A DNA stretch of 32,000 bases. Origin: Pseudoalteromonas tetraodonis. GTDB taxonomy: Bacteria > Pseudomonadota > Gammaproteobacteria > Enterobacterales > Alteromonadaceae. Below, piece by piece: positions 1 to 9,012 of the stretch (positions are counted from its first letter, which is position 1; every line of letters begins with the position of its first letter). A program made the translations under genes and the position numbers. The DNA lies in assembly GCF_002310835.1 (NCBI RefSeq), contig NZ_CP011041.1:2160001-2192000 (forward strand). The letters are read 5' to 3'. The notes under the pieces were generated by a model. The model searched no databases. It saw only the letters and a program-made list of their open reading frames with translations, and was not told the DNA's origin.

Positions 1-174
1 GAGCTTGTTCAAGTGATGTTGTCTCTTTCATTTATCTTTCTCTTTTATTTATGAATGCCAAACCGGCTAGTTGCGCGCATTAAAAGAAAAATAGCGATTC
101 ATGTCCAACAAGTATTTCTACTCGTAACGAGTGAGGATTAAAATTGATAAAGAAAAACAGTAAATAGCGTATTA

Positions 175-633
175 TTAGCTGAGCGCAAGCTCCATAAATA
201 GGCTGTTCGGGTTTTCTGTGTATTCACCAAAAGGGGCACATTGTACAAACCCTAAATTCTCGTAAAGATGGATTGATTGTCTTTGCTTTGGCCCTGTTTC
301 TAGCTTTATGATTGGGATTTCTTCTTCGCCAGCATGGTGTAATAATATTTGCATAATACGGCGCGATAAGCCTTTTCCGCGATAACTAGGTTTGACATAT
401 AAACGGCGTATCTCACCATAGGGCTGGGTATCAAACTGCATAACAATCGCCCCGCAAGCAATAATCCCCTCTTCATTTTTCAAGCCTATTGCATAGACAT
501 TGGGTTGGCCCAATTGACTAACAGACAATGACTGTGCTGTCGCTACTGGATATAAAGAATTAATAAGTCTGTCGATATCAGAAAAAACATTAATCACATC
601 GGGATCATCAGGGGTTAAATCTATTAACTGCAT
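175..633 (-). CDS. GNAT-family N-acetyltransferase, 152 aa
   Basis: Complete ORF. Acetyl-CoA binding motif A 'RRLYVKPSYRGKGLSRRIM' (R/Q-x-x-G-x-G/A) and 'YENLGF' near the C-terminus are typical of the GNAT fold. Substrate cannot be inferred. Confidence 0.8.
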   Translation of the reverse strand: MQLIDLTPDDPDVINVFSDIDRLINSLYPVATAQSLSVSQLGQPNVYAIGLKNEEGIIACGAIVMQFDTQPYGEIRRLYVKPSYRGKGLSRRIMQILLHHAGEEEIPIIKLETGPKQRQSIHLYENLGFVQCAPFGEYTENPNSLFMELALS

Positions 634-835
634 AGGTTATCTCTAATTTATTTTCTTATTTGTTAGCAAACTATAACGCATTGTAACAAATGAACAATAA
701 CTATGTTTTATGTCATTACTTTTAAAAAATACCGACACAAAATTATTATTGCAAAATAAAAAACAATAGTTTGACCTAGATGTACTATGACGGGCGTATA
801 ATGCAATCAATTAGAGTGTAAATTAGGAATAAATA

Positions 836-2440
836 ATGTGGTTTAGCCCAAAAAAAAGAAAACAGGCGTTTGCAAAACAGCTAGTTAGTACACACGAAGC
901 AGCTGCGATTATCGTTAACAACGACAACACTGTTATTGCAGTGAATGACGAGTTTACATCGCTAAGTAAGACACTTAACCAAACTAATGACACTAATACA
1001 TTAACTTATTTAAATAAACGTTATAATCCAACAAGCAAAACCATTGCTTGTGGAAATAACTTGTTTTTAACCCAACACATTAGCCCGCTTACATTAAAAG
1101 AGCTTGATACATGCTCGCTCCATGTATTTAAGCCTGAGCCGATAAGAGTGTTAGATGAGCAAGCTTGGCAAACACTTCTGAGTTTAGGTGAAGATATCTA
1201 TGCAGTCTTCGATGATAACTCAAAGCTTGTTGCGAATAATTTAGATACGTCGAACAGTGCCGACGCTGCACTACTGCCCAAAGAAAACACTAAATTGCTA
1301 AACGTTTTACAAGATGCTTTAAATAGCGAACACGGTTCACTGTGTTTATCTGTAAAAGACAATATTTATTATAATGTTGCCCACACTACTTTTAACTTCA
1401 ATAATACCTTGTTGTCTGCATTTGTATTATCAAAACAATCACAAGTTGAAGACTATAAGCAATTTGAACTGTTATCTAAAGTGGTCAGCAATACCAGTAC
1501 TAGTGTACTTATTACCAATAAAGATGGCTTAGTAGAATATGTTAACCCTGGCTTTGAAGTACTTTCAGGTTATACACTTGCAGAAGTAAAAGGCAAAAAA
1601 CCAGGCAATTTCTTGCAGGGAGAACAAACAGACAAAGAAACCGTTAAGCGGATTTCAAAAAACCTTAAAAACAAACAACCATTTTATGAAGAAATACTAA
1701 ATTTTGATAAAAATGGTGTGCCATATTGGATTGTTCTGTCGGTAAACCCAACATTTGATGATAATGGCCAGCACACAGGGTTTGTGGGCGTCAGTTCAGA
1801 TATTCGCGAAATTAAACGCCAAGTACTTGAACAAATAAACCAAAAAGATGCAATAAGTAGCCACTCGGCTGTGATTGAGTTTAATGAAGATGGCCAGTTC
1901 CTATCTGCCAATGAGTATACCAAAAAGCAATTAAACATATCTGAGGGCTCAAACATAGCGAGTGTGTTTGGTAATTTAAGGGATCATTTAGACGCTTCAC
2001 GTATTCAAATACTCAACCAAGGCAAGCCGACTGAAGTAATGATGTCATTGACGCATCAAAATGAAGACGTAACGCTAGATTGCATTATTTCTTCTATTAC
2101 CGATTTAAACGGTAAGGTTTCTAAATACGTTGTATTTGGTAGTAATGTCTCTTCTAGAAACAAATTGGTTACTGGAACGCATCAATCAATGTCAACCGTA
2201 TTAGGGAAAATTCAAACTACGGTCACCACCATCAATGCCGTGGCAGATCAAACTAATTTACTTGCTCTTAATGCGGCCATTGAAGCTGCGAGAGCTGGTG
2301 AAGCTGGACGAGGTTTTGCCGTGGTTGCTGACGAAGTACGTAACCTTGCCAAAACATCAAACGAAGCAGCGGCACAAATTGGACTTTTAATAAATGAAAC
2401 TCAAACGCACGTTGACGAGCTTGCTTCATTTTTAAAATAA
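836..2440 (+). CDS. Soluble multi-PAS sensor protein with a minimal methyl-accepting chemotaxis (MCP) signalling hairpin, 534 aa
   Basis: No hydrophobic TM segment. PAS/PAC S-box at ~aa 205-330 ('[31 protein letters not shown] ... [31 protein letters not shown]'). Second PAS-like module at ~aa 335-440. C-terminal MCP tip consensus '[35 protein letters not shown]'. AGGA Shine-Dalgarno lies upstream of the ATG. Confidence 0.85.
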   Translation: MWFSPKKRKQAFAKQLVSTHEAAAIIVNNDNTVIAVNDEFTSLSKTLNQTNDTNTLTYLNKRYNPTSKTIACGNNLFLTQHISPLTLKELDTCSLHVFKPEPIRVLDEQAWQTLLSLGEDIYAVFDDNSKLVANNLDTSNSADAALLPKENTKLLNVLQDALNSEHGSLCLSVKDNIYYNVAHTTFNFNNTLLSAFVLSKQSQVEDYKQFELLSKVVSNTSTSVLITNKDGLVEYVNPGFEVLSGYTLAEVKGKKPGNFLQGEQTDKETVKRISKNLKNKQPFYEEILNFDKNGVPYWIVLSVNPTFDDNGQHTGFVGVSSDIREIKRQVLEQINQKDAISSHSAVIEFNEDGQFLSANEYTKKQLNISEGSNIASVFGNLRDHLDASRIQILNQGKPTEVMMSLTHQNEDVTLDCIISSITDLNGKVSKYVVFGSNVSSRNKLVTGTHQSMSTVLGKIQTTVTTINAVADQTNLLALNAAIEAARAGEAGRGFAVVADEVRNLAKTSNEAAAQIGLLINETQTHVDELASFLK

Positions 2441-2584
2441 TTAAATAGTTTGAAAAAACTTAACAAACTTGCTCAATCAACAAATTAAACTGTTTGTTAG
2501 TGAATTATTTTAATCCGGTAGAGTCTGTGTGGCCTGAAGAAATGTGGCTGTTTTTTGTTAAAATTTAAGCGATGTATAAAATAG

Positions 2585-2611
2585 AAAAAGGCGCTAACGA
2601 GCGCCTTTTTT
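2585..2611. terminator. Bidirectional rho-independent terminator between the convergent MCP-like and BCCT genes
   Basis: aaaaa-GGCGCT-aacg-AGCGCC-tttttt: perfect 6-bp GC-rich stem (2590-2595 / 2600-2605), 4-nt loop, A-run on one side and T-run on the other. Confidence 0.75.
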
Positions 2612-2619
2612 ATGTGCTA

Positions 2620-4179
2620 TTAGAGCCCTTGCTCATCTGCCATTTTTTTAACTATTTGTGGTGCTGTCCACAGTGACGGTAGTAACACAAAGGAAACTGG
2701 CACCGCGGTCACCACAATAAAGGACTGTAGCGCTGAAATTCCGCCCTCGCCAATTGAGATGAGTAATGCAGCCATTACCCCCATCATAACTCCCCAAAAC
2801 ACACGAATTGATGTTTGCGGATGATCGGTACCGGTCATCACCATAGATACCGAGTACGTCATTGAGTCACCGGTTGTTGCCACAAAAATAGTGGTCAGCA
2901 CTAAAAATAATACCGACACAACAAACCCCATGGGTAACTGCTCAGTAATGGCTAACAATGCCGCTGGTAAATTAAGCCCTGCGAAAGGTTCTGATATAAC
3001 ACCTGGATTATTTAACTCAAAAAATATGCCTGAGCCACCCACAATGGTAAACCAAAAGCAGGTGATCACTGGCGCAACCACAGAGATGAGTAAAATCATT
3101 TCACGGATAGTTCGGCCACGCGATATACGCGCAACAAACATCGCCATTAAAGGGCCATAACCTAAAAACCAGCCCCAAAAGAATACGGTCCACCAGTCTA
3201 ACCATGGTTTATCGGCACGAAACGTAGCCATAGGAATAAAGTTATCTAAGTACAAGCCAAACGATTGGATGTAGCTATCAATAATAAACGCAGTGGGCCC
3301 CATCAGTAATATAAACAACATCAGCACTACAGCCAAAACAACATTAAAACGACTTAACAGCTGAATACCTTTAGTAACGCCACTTACCGCTGAAAGTGTG
3401 TAAATGCCAATTAAACTAAATAAAATAACTACTTGTGTGGTGTAGGTGTCAGGAATACCAAACAATTTATCTAGGCCAAAACTCACCTGTAAGCCTAAAA
3501 AACCAATTGGACCTACAGTGCCAGCAACCACAGCGAGTACACAACATGCATCAACAATTGTACCAAGCGCCCCTTTCATAACACGATCGCCAAATACGGG
3601 ATAAAGCAAAGTACGAGGTTTAAGCGGTAAGCCTTTTTCGTAATGAAGATGCATATAAACAATGCCCGTTAAGCTGCCTAATATAGCCCAGGCTAAAAAT
3701 CCCCAGTGCATAAAGCTTTGTGCAAGTGCGTTATAAGCGGCATCGTTAGTGCCTGTTTCACCACCAAATAGCGGTGGCGGAGAAATAAAATGTGCCATTG
3801 GCTCTGCTGCGGCCCAAAATACGCCGCCACCAGCAAGCAAAGTACACATAATAATACTTATCCACTTAAAGGTAGAAATTTCAGGGGTTTTTAAGCCACC
3901 CAGTACCACTGAGCCAGTGCGGCCGATAGCTAAGAAAATGCCAATCACAAAGGTTAATAAAAGTAGGACTTGCCAAAAGGCGCCAAATATTTTGGTTGAG
4001 AAGGCAAAGGCCGTATTTATCCAATCAGACATCAGTTTAATGTCGTAAAGGGCCAGCGCGGCAAATAAAACTAATATACCGCCACTGATTAAAAATACGG
4101 GTATATCAACCCCATCAAGAAACTTAACTCGGGAAGAATGTGTTTCACCCGACTTTAAAGTTGCTTTAGTGGTATTCAT
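2620..4179 (-). CDS. BCCT-family (betaine/carnitine/choline) transporter, 519 aa
   Basis: BCCT signature 'WTVFFWGWFLGYGPLMAMFVARISRGRTIREM'. About 12 hydrophobic helices. AGGAG Shine-Dalgarno 7 nt upstream of the ATG at 4179. Confidence 0.9.
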   Translation of the reverse strand: MNTTKATLKSGETHSSRVKFLDGVDIPVFLISGGILVLFAALALYDIKLMSDWINTAFAFSTKIFGAFWQVLLLLTFVIGIFLAIGRTGSVVLGGLKTPEISTFKWISIIMCTLLAGGGVFWAAAEPMAHFISPPPLFGGETGTNDAAYNALAQSFMHWGFLAWAILGSLTGIVYMHLHYEKGLPLKPRTLLYPVFGDRVMKGALGTIVDACCVLAVVAGTVGPIGFLGLQVSFGLDKLFGIPDTYTTQVVILFSLIGIYTLSAVSGVTKGIQLLSRFNVVLAVVLMLFILLMGPTAFIIDSYIQSFGLYLDNFIPMATFRADKPWLDWWTVFFWGWFLGYGPLMAMFVARISRGRTIREMILLISVVAPVITCFWFTIVGGSGIFFELNNPGVISEPFAGLNLPAALLAITEQLPMGFVVSVLFLVLTTIFVATTGDSMTYSVSMVMTGTDHPQTSIRVFWGVMMGVMAALLISIGEGGISALQSFIVVTAVPVSFVLLPSLWTAPQIVKKMADEQGL

Positions 4180-4474
4180 TTATCGCTCCTAATGGTTCTT
4201 TAAAGTTACCGACATAGCGACACACCATGACATCACACTAAACCCTAGTTTCAACAAACGACAAAGCAACTCAAAAGCGAGTTTTAAGTACTTGTCATGT
4301 TCACGTTTAGGTAATGTCACAACAAGTAGACTTATTGCCAATTCCTGACTAGTTTAACGCGTTAAAAACGCTAAACCAATGCCTCAGGAATGATTTGTGT
4401 AGTAGTTACACAATAATAAAAGATAAATTACATCACGGTATCAAACAAACAAAAAATATACATTTTTGCTTTAG

Positions 4475-4508
4475 CAAAAGCGCGGTACGTTATTAAACGT
4501 TGCTGCGC
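4475..4508 (-). terminator. Probable intrinsic terminator of the GGDEF-EAL gene
   Basis: Minus strand reads GCGCAGCAACGTTTAATAACGTACCGCGC followed by TTTTG. About 12-bp stem with one bulge and two G-U pairs, ATTA-type loop, 75 nt downstream of the stop at 4583. Confidence 0.5.
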
Positions 4509-4582
4509 AGTGGGTACGCAAACAACGCGGCTTATCGATTAGGGCAACTAAACCTGTCGCTCTGTTAGTGATAAATACAGGG

Positions 4583-6850
4583 TTATTGATGCTGTTTATG
4601 CCATGTTAAATAGTTGCTGTACGTTAATGGTTTTGCAAATAAATAACCCTGCACAGCATTCACGCCCATCGACTTTAATATTGTTAGTTGCTCAGCACTT
4701 TCGACCCCTTCGGCCACAATGTTAATATTTAAGCTATGACCTAAGCCAATAATAGATTGCACAATACTTTGACCCGATGCGCTATTGAGCACTTTATCAA
4801 TAAAGCTTTTATCAATTTTTAACTCATCAATAGGAAAAACGCTTAAATGTTTTAAACACGAGTAGCCCGTACCAAAGTCATCAATTGAAAACACAAATCC
4901 CTGCGATTTTAATTCTTCCATTTGCTTTACGGTCCCCATCAAGTCACCCGCCAACATTGATTCAGTGATCTCTAATTTAATTCGAGTTGGCGAGACGTCA
5001 AACGCTTCAATTGCTTTAAATAGCTCACCTTTTAAAGTGGAAGAATTAAACTGACATTGGCTAATGTTAATTGATACGCTAAAGCTGTCATCGAGTAAGT
5101 TATTATCTCGAAGTGTTTCAAGTAAAATACAAATATCTCTTAATACAATATTTTGTAACTTTTGAATTAAGCCAAATTGCTCGGCAATTGGAATAAATGC
5201 ATTAGGGGGGATAAGTCCTTTGGTTGGATGATTCCATCTTATTAATGCCTCAGCACCCACAAGGGTTCCATCAATTGCTAATTGTGGCTGAAAATAAGCA
5301 CAAAACTCATCGCACGCGATAGCCCTGACAATGTCAGTTTCAAGCTCAGTTTGATTTTCCAGTAAGGTTTGCAGTGCGGGGTCGTAAAAGCTACTACTAT
5401 TACCGCCTTTCATTTTAGAGCGATACATAGCGGTATCTGCAAATTTTAAAATATTAGCGGTTATGGCATTGCTCGTGTTAATCAAACAAATACCAATACT
5501 ACAACTGACCTGAAACGCTAAATCGCCCACTTCAAATTTTTCATAAAAGACACTTTGTACTTTTTTAGCAATCAACTCAGATTCACTATTAGCTTGCATG
5601 TGGCTATCACCGACATGCTCGATAAGAATAATAAATTCATCACCACCGACTCGTGCGAGGGTATCTGCCGGGTTCAAAATAGCTGTTAATCGCTGTGATA
5701 ACTCAACCAGTATTTCATCGCCTGCATTATGACCTAGTGAGTCATTTATGCGTTTAAAATTATCTAAATCTAAAAATAAGAGTGCGCCAGAATGATCAGA
5801 CTGCTTAATTCGCTCCACATACATACTGAGCCTATCATTGAGCATTCTGCGATTAGGAAGGTTAGTGAGCGGATCGAAAAATGCTAACCGTTGTACTTCT
5901 TCTTCGGCAGCTTTGCGATTAGAGATATCTCTGGCCATCCACACCACATGTCTCAGTGACGGGTTATTAGGCTGGTAACTTTCAAGGGGAGCTGTTCGCC
6001 CTTCAAATGTAAGCTGCTTACCTTTTATATTGAGCTGATATTCAAACACTTGAACTTCATTAGTTTGCAACGTTTTGTCAATCACCGCCAGAATAGGATT
6101 TGCATCTTCAGGAGGCATAATATCTCTGACATTTTGATTAATAACGTGCTCTTGGCTTAAATATAAACTTTCATTAGCTGTGCCGTAAACATTGGTATAC
6201 TCCCCCTCTTCACTCAAAATGAGGGTTAGATCAGGAAGCACTTTTGTAAAGGCTTTAAACTTTTCATTACTTTGCTGTAATTCAAAAAGCAACGCGTTTA
6301 ATCTTAGTGACTCGGTGTGCTTTTCAAGAGCAATACTGGTGAAATCAACAAAAAAATCTATTAATTCTAAATCTTGTGGTGTCGGTGACTTTGCGCTGTC
6401 ATGATAAATTGCAAAAGTGCCTAATATGTCTGATTTTGTTGAAATAATGGGGGTAGACCAACATGACCTTAAACCATAACTTAACGCCAATACTCTATAA
6501 TCATCCCATAATGGCGATGTTGAAATATCTGCGGCTATAATGCGTTTTTTTTCATAGGCTGCAGTACCGCATGAACCGACAGTTGGCCCTATTTTCACAC
6601 CATTAATTGCTTGGCAGTAACCCTGTGCAATATTAGGTGCCGCGCTATGAAATAGCTGCTCTCCTTTGAGCGTTAATATAGAGCACTTTGCAGAGGAGTC
6701 TTCAATAAGCTCCTCAATAGATAAACAAATATTTTCCAGTACCTCATCAAGTGGCGCACCGAGTGCTATTTTCGATAATATACTTTGTTGCTGAGAAAGC
6801 AGCTTTCTGACTCTCATTATTTCAATCAAATTATATTCCTCAACAATCAC
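4583..6850 (-). CDS. GAF-PAS-GGDEF-EAL c-di-GMP turnover protein, 755 aa
   Basis: N-terminal GAF ('GSCGTAAY', 'GTFAIYH'). PAS at ~aa 200-320. GGDEF domain with intact 'RVGGDEFIIL'. EAL domain with 'EALIRW', 'LEITES', 'DDFGTGYS', 'KIDKSF', 'AEGVES', 'QGYLFAKP'. The exact start among the N-terminal Met codons is uncertain. Confidence 0.9.
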   Translation of the reverse strand: MIVEEYNLIEIMRVRKLLSQQQSILSKIALGAPLDEVLENICLSIEELIEDSSAKCSILTLKGEQLFHSAAPNIAQGYCQAINGVKIGPTVGSCGTAAYEKKRIIAADISTSPLWDDYRVLALSYGLRSCWSTPIISTKSDILGTFAIYHDSAKSPTPQDLELIDFFVDFTSIALEKHTESLRLNALLFELQQSNEKFKAFTKVLPDLTLILSEEGEYTNVYGTANESLYLSQEHVINQNVRDIMPPEDANPILAVIDKTLQTNEVQVFEYQLNIKGKQLTFEGRTAPLESYQPNNPSLRHVVWMARDISNRKAAEEEVQRLAFFDPLTNLPNRRMLNDRLSMYVERIKQSDHSGALLFLDLDNFKRINDSLGHNAGDEILVELSQRLTAILNPADTLARVGGDEFIILIEHVGDSHMQANSESELIAKKVQSVFYEKFEVGDLAFQVSCSIGICLINTSNAITANILKFADTAMYRSKMKGGNSSSFYDPALQTLLENQTELETDIVRAIACDEFCAYFQPQLAIDGTLVGAEALIRWNHPTKGLIPPNAFIPIAEQFGLIQKLQNIVLRDICILLETLRDNNLLDDSFSVSINISQCQFNSSTLKGELFKAIEAFDVSPTRIKLEITESMLAGDLMGTVKQMEELKSQGFVFSIDDFGTGYSCLKHLSVFPIDELKIDKSFIDKVLNSASGQSIVQSIIGLGHSLNINIVAEGVESAEQLTILKSMGVNAVQGYLFAKPLTYSNYLTWHKQHQ

Positions 6851-7134
6851 TAACGCTAAATGCGTCGCTCTATTTTAGGGCCTGTTTATAATAATTTATT
6901 ATAGTCTTTTGACTATACATAATATTGAAATCAGCATCTATGCTATTTTCGTCTATTTCACGAGCGTTTGTCATTCAATACAAGGTGGCGATTTGAAATG
7001 TACTTATCAACAAATCATTTATTTACATACCATCTGTAAATACCCTTTATTAAATACTTTGTTACTTAAAAGTACTGTTTAAAATCATCAAGCTATTTAT
7101 AATAGCTAAAACATAAATAATTGATGAGGTTAGT

Positions 7135-7863
7135 GTGCAAATAACACAAGGTATGGAATATTTTTTTTCAGGGTTTAAGTTAATTAGTCAAAAAGGGCTA
7201 AAACGCTTTGTACTTATACCCCTACTTATTAATATTTTATTATTTGGTAGCTCCTTATTCTTTTTATTTGGCTGGCTTAGTGATGGCTTTAATGCCGTAA
7301 ACGCCATGCTCCCAGAATGGCTAAGTTGGCTCGAATGGTTAATGTGGCCAATTGCTGTGCTGGTGGTGCTGTTTAGTTACAGTATGTTATTTACCGTTAT
7401 TACTAACTTTATCGCCGCACCTTTCAATGGCTTACTAAGTGAAAAGGTAGAGCTTTACTTAACTGGTCAAAAAATTAACGACGACGGATTAGCTGATTTA
7501 GTTAAAGATGTTCCGCGAATGCTGGGCCGGGAATGGACTAAGCTTTGCTACTACCTCCCACGCGCTATCGGCTTTTTTATTTTATTGTGGGTACTACCTG
7601 TAATAGGCCAAGTGCTATGGGTGCTTTTTACCTGCTGGATGTATGCGGTGCAATATAAAGATTATGCTTTTGATAATCACAAAATTAGCTTTACACAAAT
7701 GAAAAATGACTTAAAAAGCAAACAAGGGTTATCTTATGGGTTTGGCTTTGCCGTGATGCTGCTAACCGCTATCCCATTTGTAAATTTAATTGTTATGCCT
7801 GTGGCGGTATGTGGTGCCACACGATTATGGGTTGAAAATTACCGACCACAATACTGTAGTTAA
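7135..7863 (+). CDS. cysZ: Sulfate transporter CysZ, 242 aa
   Basis: Collinear with E. coli CysZ ('FKLISQKGLKRFVLIPLLINILLF', 'IAAPFNGLLSEKVE', 'YLPRAI', 'YKDYAFDNHKISF', 'MPVAVCGATRLWV'). GTG start with GAGG Shine-Dalgarno 5 nt upstream. Confidence 0.85.
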   Translation: MQITQGMEYFFSGFKLISQKGLKRFVLIPLLINILLFGSSLFFLFGWLSDGFNAVNAMLPEWLSWLEWLMWPIAVLVVLFSYSMLFTVITNFIAAPFNGLLSEKVELYLTGQKINDDGLADLVKDVPRMLGREWTKLCYYLPRAIGFFILLWVLPVIGQVLWVLFTCWMYAVQYKDYAFDNHKISFTQMKNDLKSKQGLSYGFGFAVMLLTAIPFVNLIVMPVAVCGATRLWVENYRPQYCS

Positions 7864-7866
7864 AAT

Positions 7867-7895
7867 AAAAAATGGGCCACTTGGCCCATTTTTTA
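7867..7895. terminator. Bidirectional rho-independent terminator between convergent cysZ and rlmM
   Basis: aaaaa-ATGGGCC-actt-GGCCCAT-ttttt: perfect 7-bp stem (7872-7878 / 7883-7889) flanked by an A-run and a T-run. Confidence 0.8.
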
Positions 7896-7909
7896 TACTC
7901 GCTAATAGA

Positions 7910-8995
7910 TTAACTATATAAGCTCTGTGGCACTTTAGTGACATTTAAGTGCACCGTTATTTCTTCACGATCATGGTATAAATGCTTAGCTTGAAGTTCA
8001 TAGCTTATGCCGTACTTGGCCATTTCTTCTCTGATCATTTTTAAACATTCATACACACTATCAAAGCGTTTTTTCATCGGTAATTTCAGATTAAAAATAA
8101 GCTCTTTTGCATAAGCATTTACTGCCCAGTCAATCATCAAGTTAGTCACTTTAGTCGGCTTTTCTACCATATCGCAAACCAACCAAGTGATGTTTCTTTT
8201 TTCTGGACGGTATTTAAAACCATCTTCTCTAAAATGCTTTACCTGACCCGTTTCCATTAAACTTTCGTTCATTGGGCCGTTATCTATCGCGCTAACAAAC
8301 ATACCACGGCGAACTAACTGATAAGTCCAGCCACCTGGGCATGCACCTAAATCAACGCTGCGCATCCCAGCTTGTACGCGTGACTCACGCTGTTGCTCAG
8401 GAATAAACACATTAAACGCTTCATCTAACTTAAGCGTTGAACGACTTGGGCCATCGCTTGGCATACGTAAACGTAAGATCCCCATAAAAAAGGGAGAGTT
8501 GTTATAACTATATGAGTAACCCACATACGCAGTATTATTAGCTAAAAACAGCACATGCATTACTGGGCGATTTGCTTTTGGCTCACGCAATACAGTGTTT
8601 TGTTTCTCGAGGGCTTTTTTAAGCGGGGTCGATATTTTTTTACAAAAAGTCAGTAACTCTTTGCCCTCGTTGGTATCGGGTGTTTCGACACGAAGCTCAG
8701 AACACAAAGTAAAATCTTTTGCGGCATCTACAATAGCGCCTACTCTATCTTCTACGGGCATATTTTCAATTAGGTTACCGGCAAACCATTGGCGTGCAAA
8801 CACCATATTTTTAAAATCAACTTTTTTGATTATTTCGTCGCTGTGCTGCGCTTCAAAACATTCATAAATAACATAACCGGTATTTGGTTTTGCTTTTACA
8901 TACCCAGCAAATCCTTGTTCGGCAGCGTGAAACGTTATTTCAGCAGCGGCATCGTTTTCAAAACCACTACGACAGTAAATCACAACACTAGACAT
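7910..8995 (-). CDS. rlmM: 23S rRNA (cytidine2498-2'-O)-methyltransferase RlmM (YgdE), 361 aa
   Basis: Collinear with E. coli RlmM ('GYVIYECF', 'FARQWF', 'PSRSTLKLDEAF', SAM motif 'VDLGACPGGWTYQLV', 'CDMVEKP', 'FNLKLPMKKR', 'LYHDREEITVH'). Conserved neighbour ygdD follows. Confidence 0.92.
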   Translation of the reverse strand: MSSVVIYCRSGFENDAAAEITFHAAEQGFAGYVKAKPNTGYVIYECFEAQHSDEIIKKVDFKNMVFARQWFAGNLIENMPVEDRVGAIVDAAKDFTLCSELRVETPDTNEGKELLTFCKKISTPLKKALEKQNTVLREPKANRPVMHVLFLANNTAYVGYSYSYNNSPFFMGILRLRMPSDGPSRSTLKLDEAFNVFIPEQQRESRVQAGMRSVDLGACPGGWTYQLVRRGMFVSAIDNGPMNESLMETGQVKHFREDGFKYRPEKRNITWLVCDMVEKPTKVTNLMIDWAVNAYAKELIFNLKLPMKKRFDSVYECLKMIREEMAKYGISYELQAKHLYHDREEITVHLNVTKVPQSLYS

Positions 8996-9012
8996 ATTAA
9001 CCCTTAAACTCT

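Noticed and set aside
1-31. Apparent 5' end of a leftward gene (minus strand ATG at 29-31, 'MKETTSLEQA...') running off the window
   Set aside because: Only 10 codons are visible and the ribosome-binding site is weak, so this is not enough to call a feature.
771-802. TTGACC ... TATAAT pair upstream of the MCP-like gene as its promoter
   Set aside because: The spacer between the hexamers is 20 nt, outside the functional 16-18 nt range. The real promoter is probably nearby but cannot be fixed by eye.
2441-2584. The MCP-like gene as a recent frameshift or nonsense pseudogene whose C-terminal coiled coil continues downstream
   Set aside because: None of the three forward frames downstream of 2440 carries an open, MCP-like continuation. 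The segment is AT-rich, full of stops, and only ~145 nt long before the terminator. An older deletion cannot be excluded; see the finding for 2441-2611.
4189-4233. 14-codon upstream ORF (MSWCVAMSVTLKNH) on the minus strand whose TAG stop overlaps the BCCT Shine-Dalgarno sequence
   Set aside because: It has no Shine-Dalgarno of its own and no recognisable leader-peptide logic. ORFs of this size arise by chance in 400 nt. It is worth revisiting only if ribosome profiling shows occupancy.
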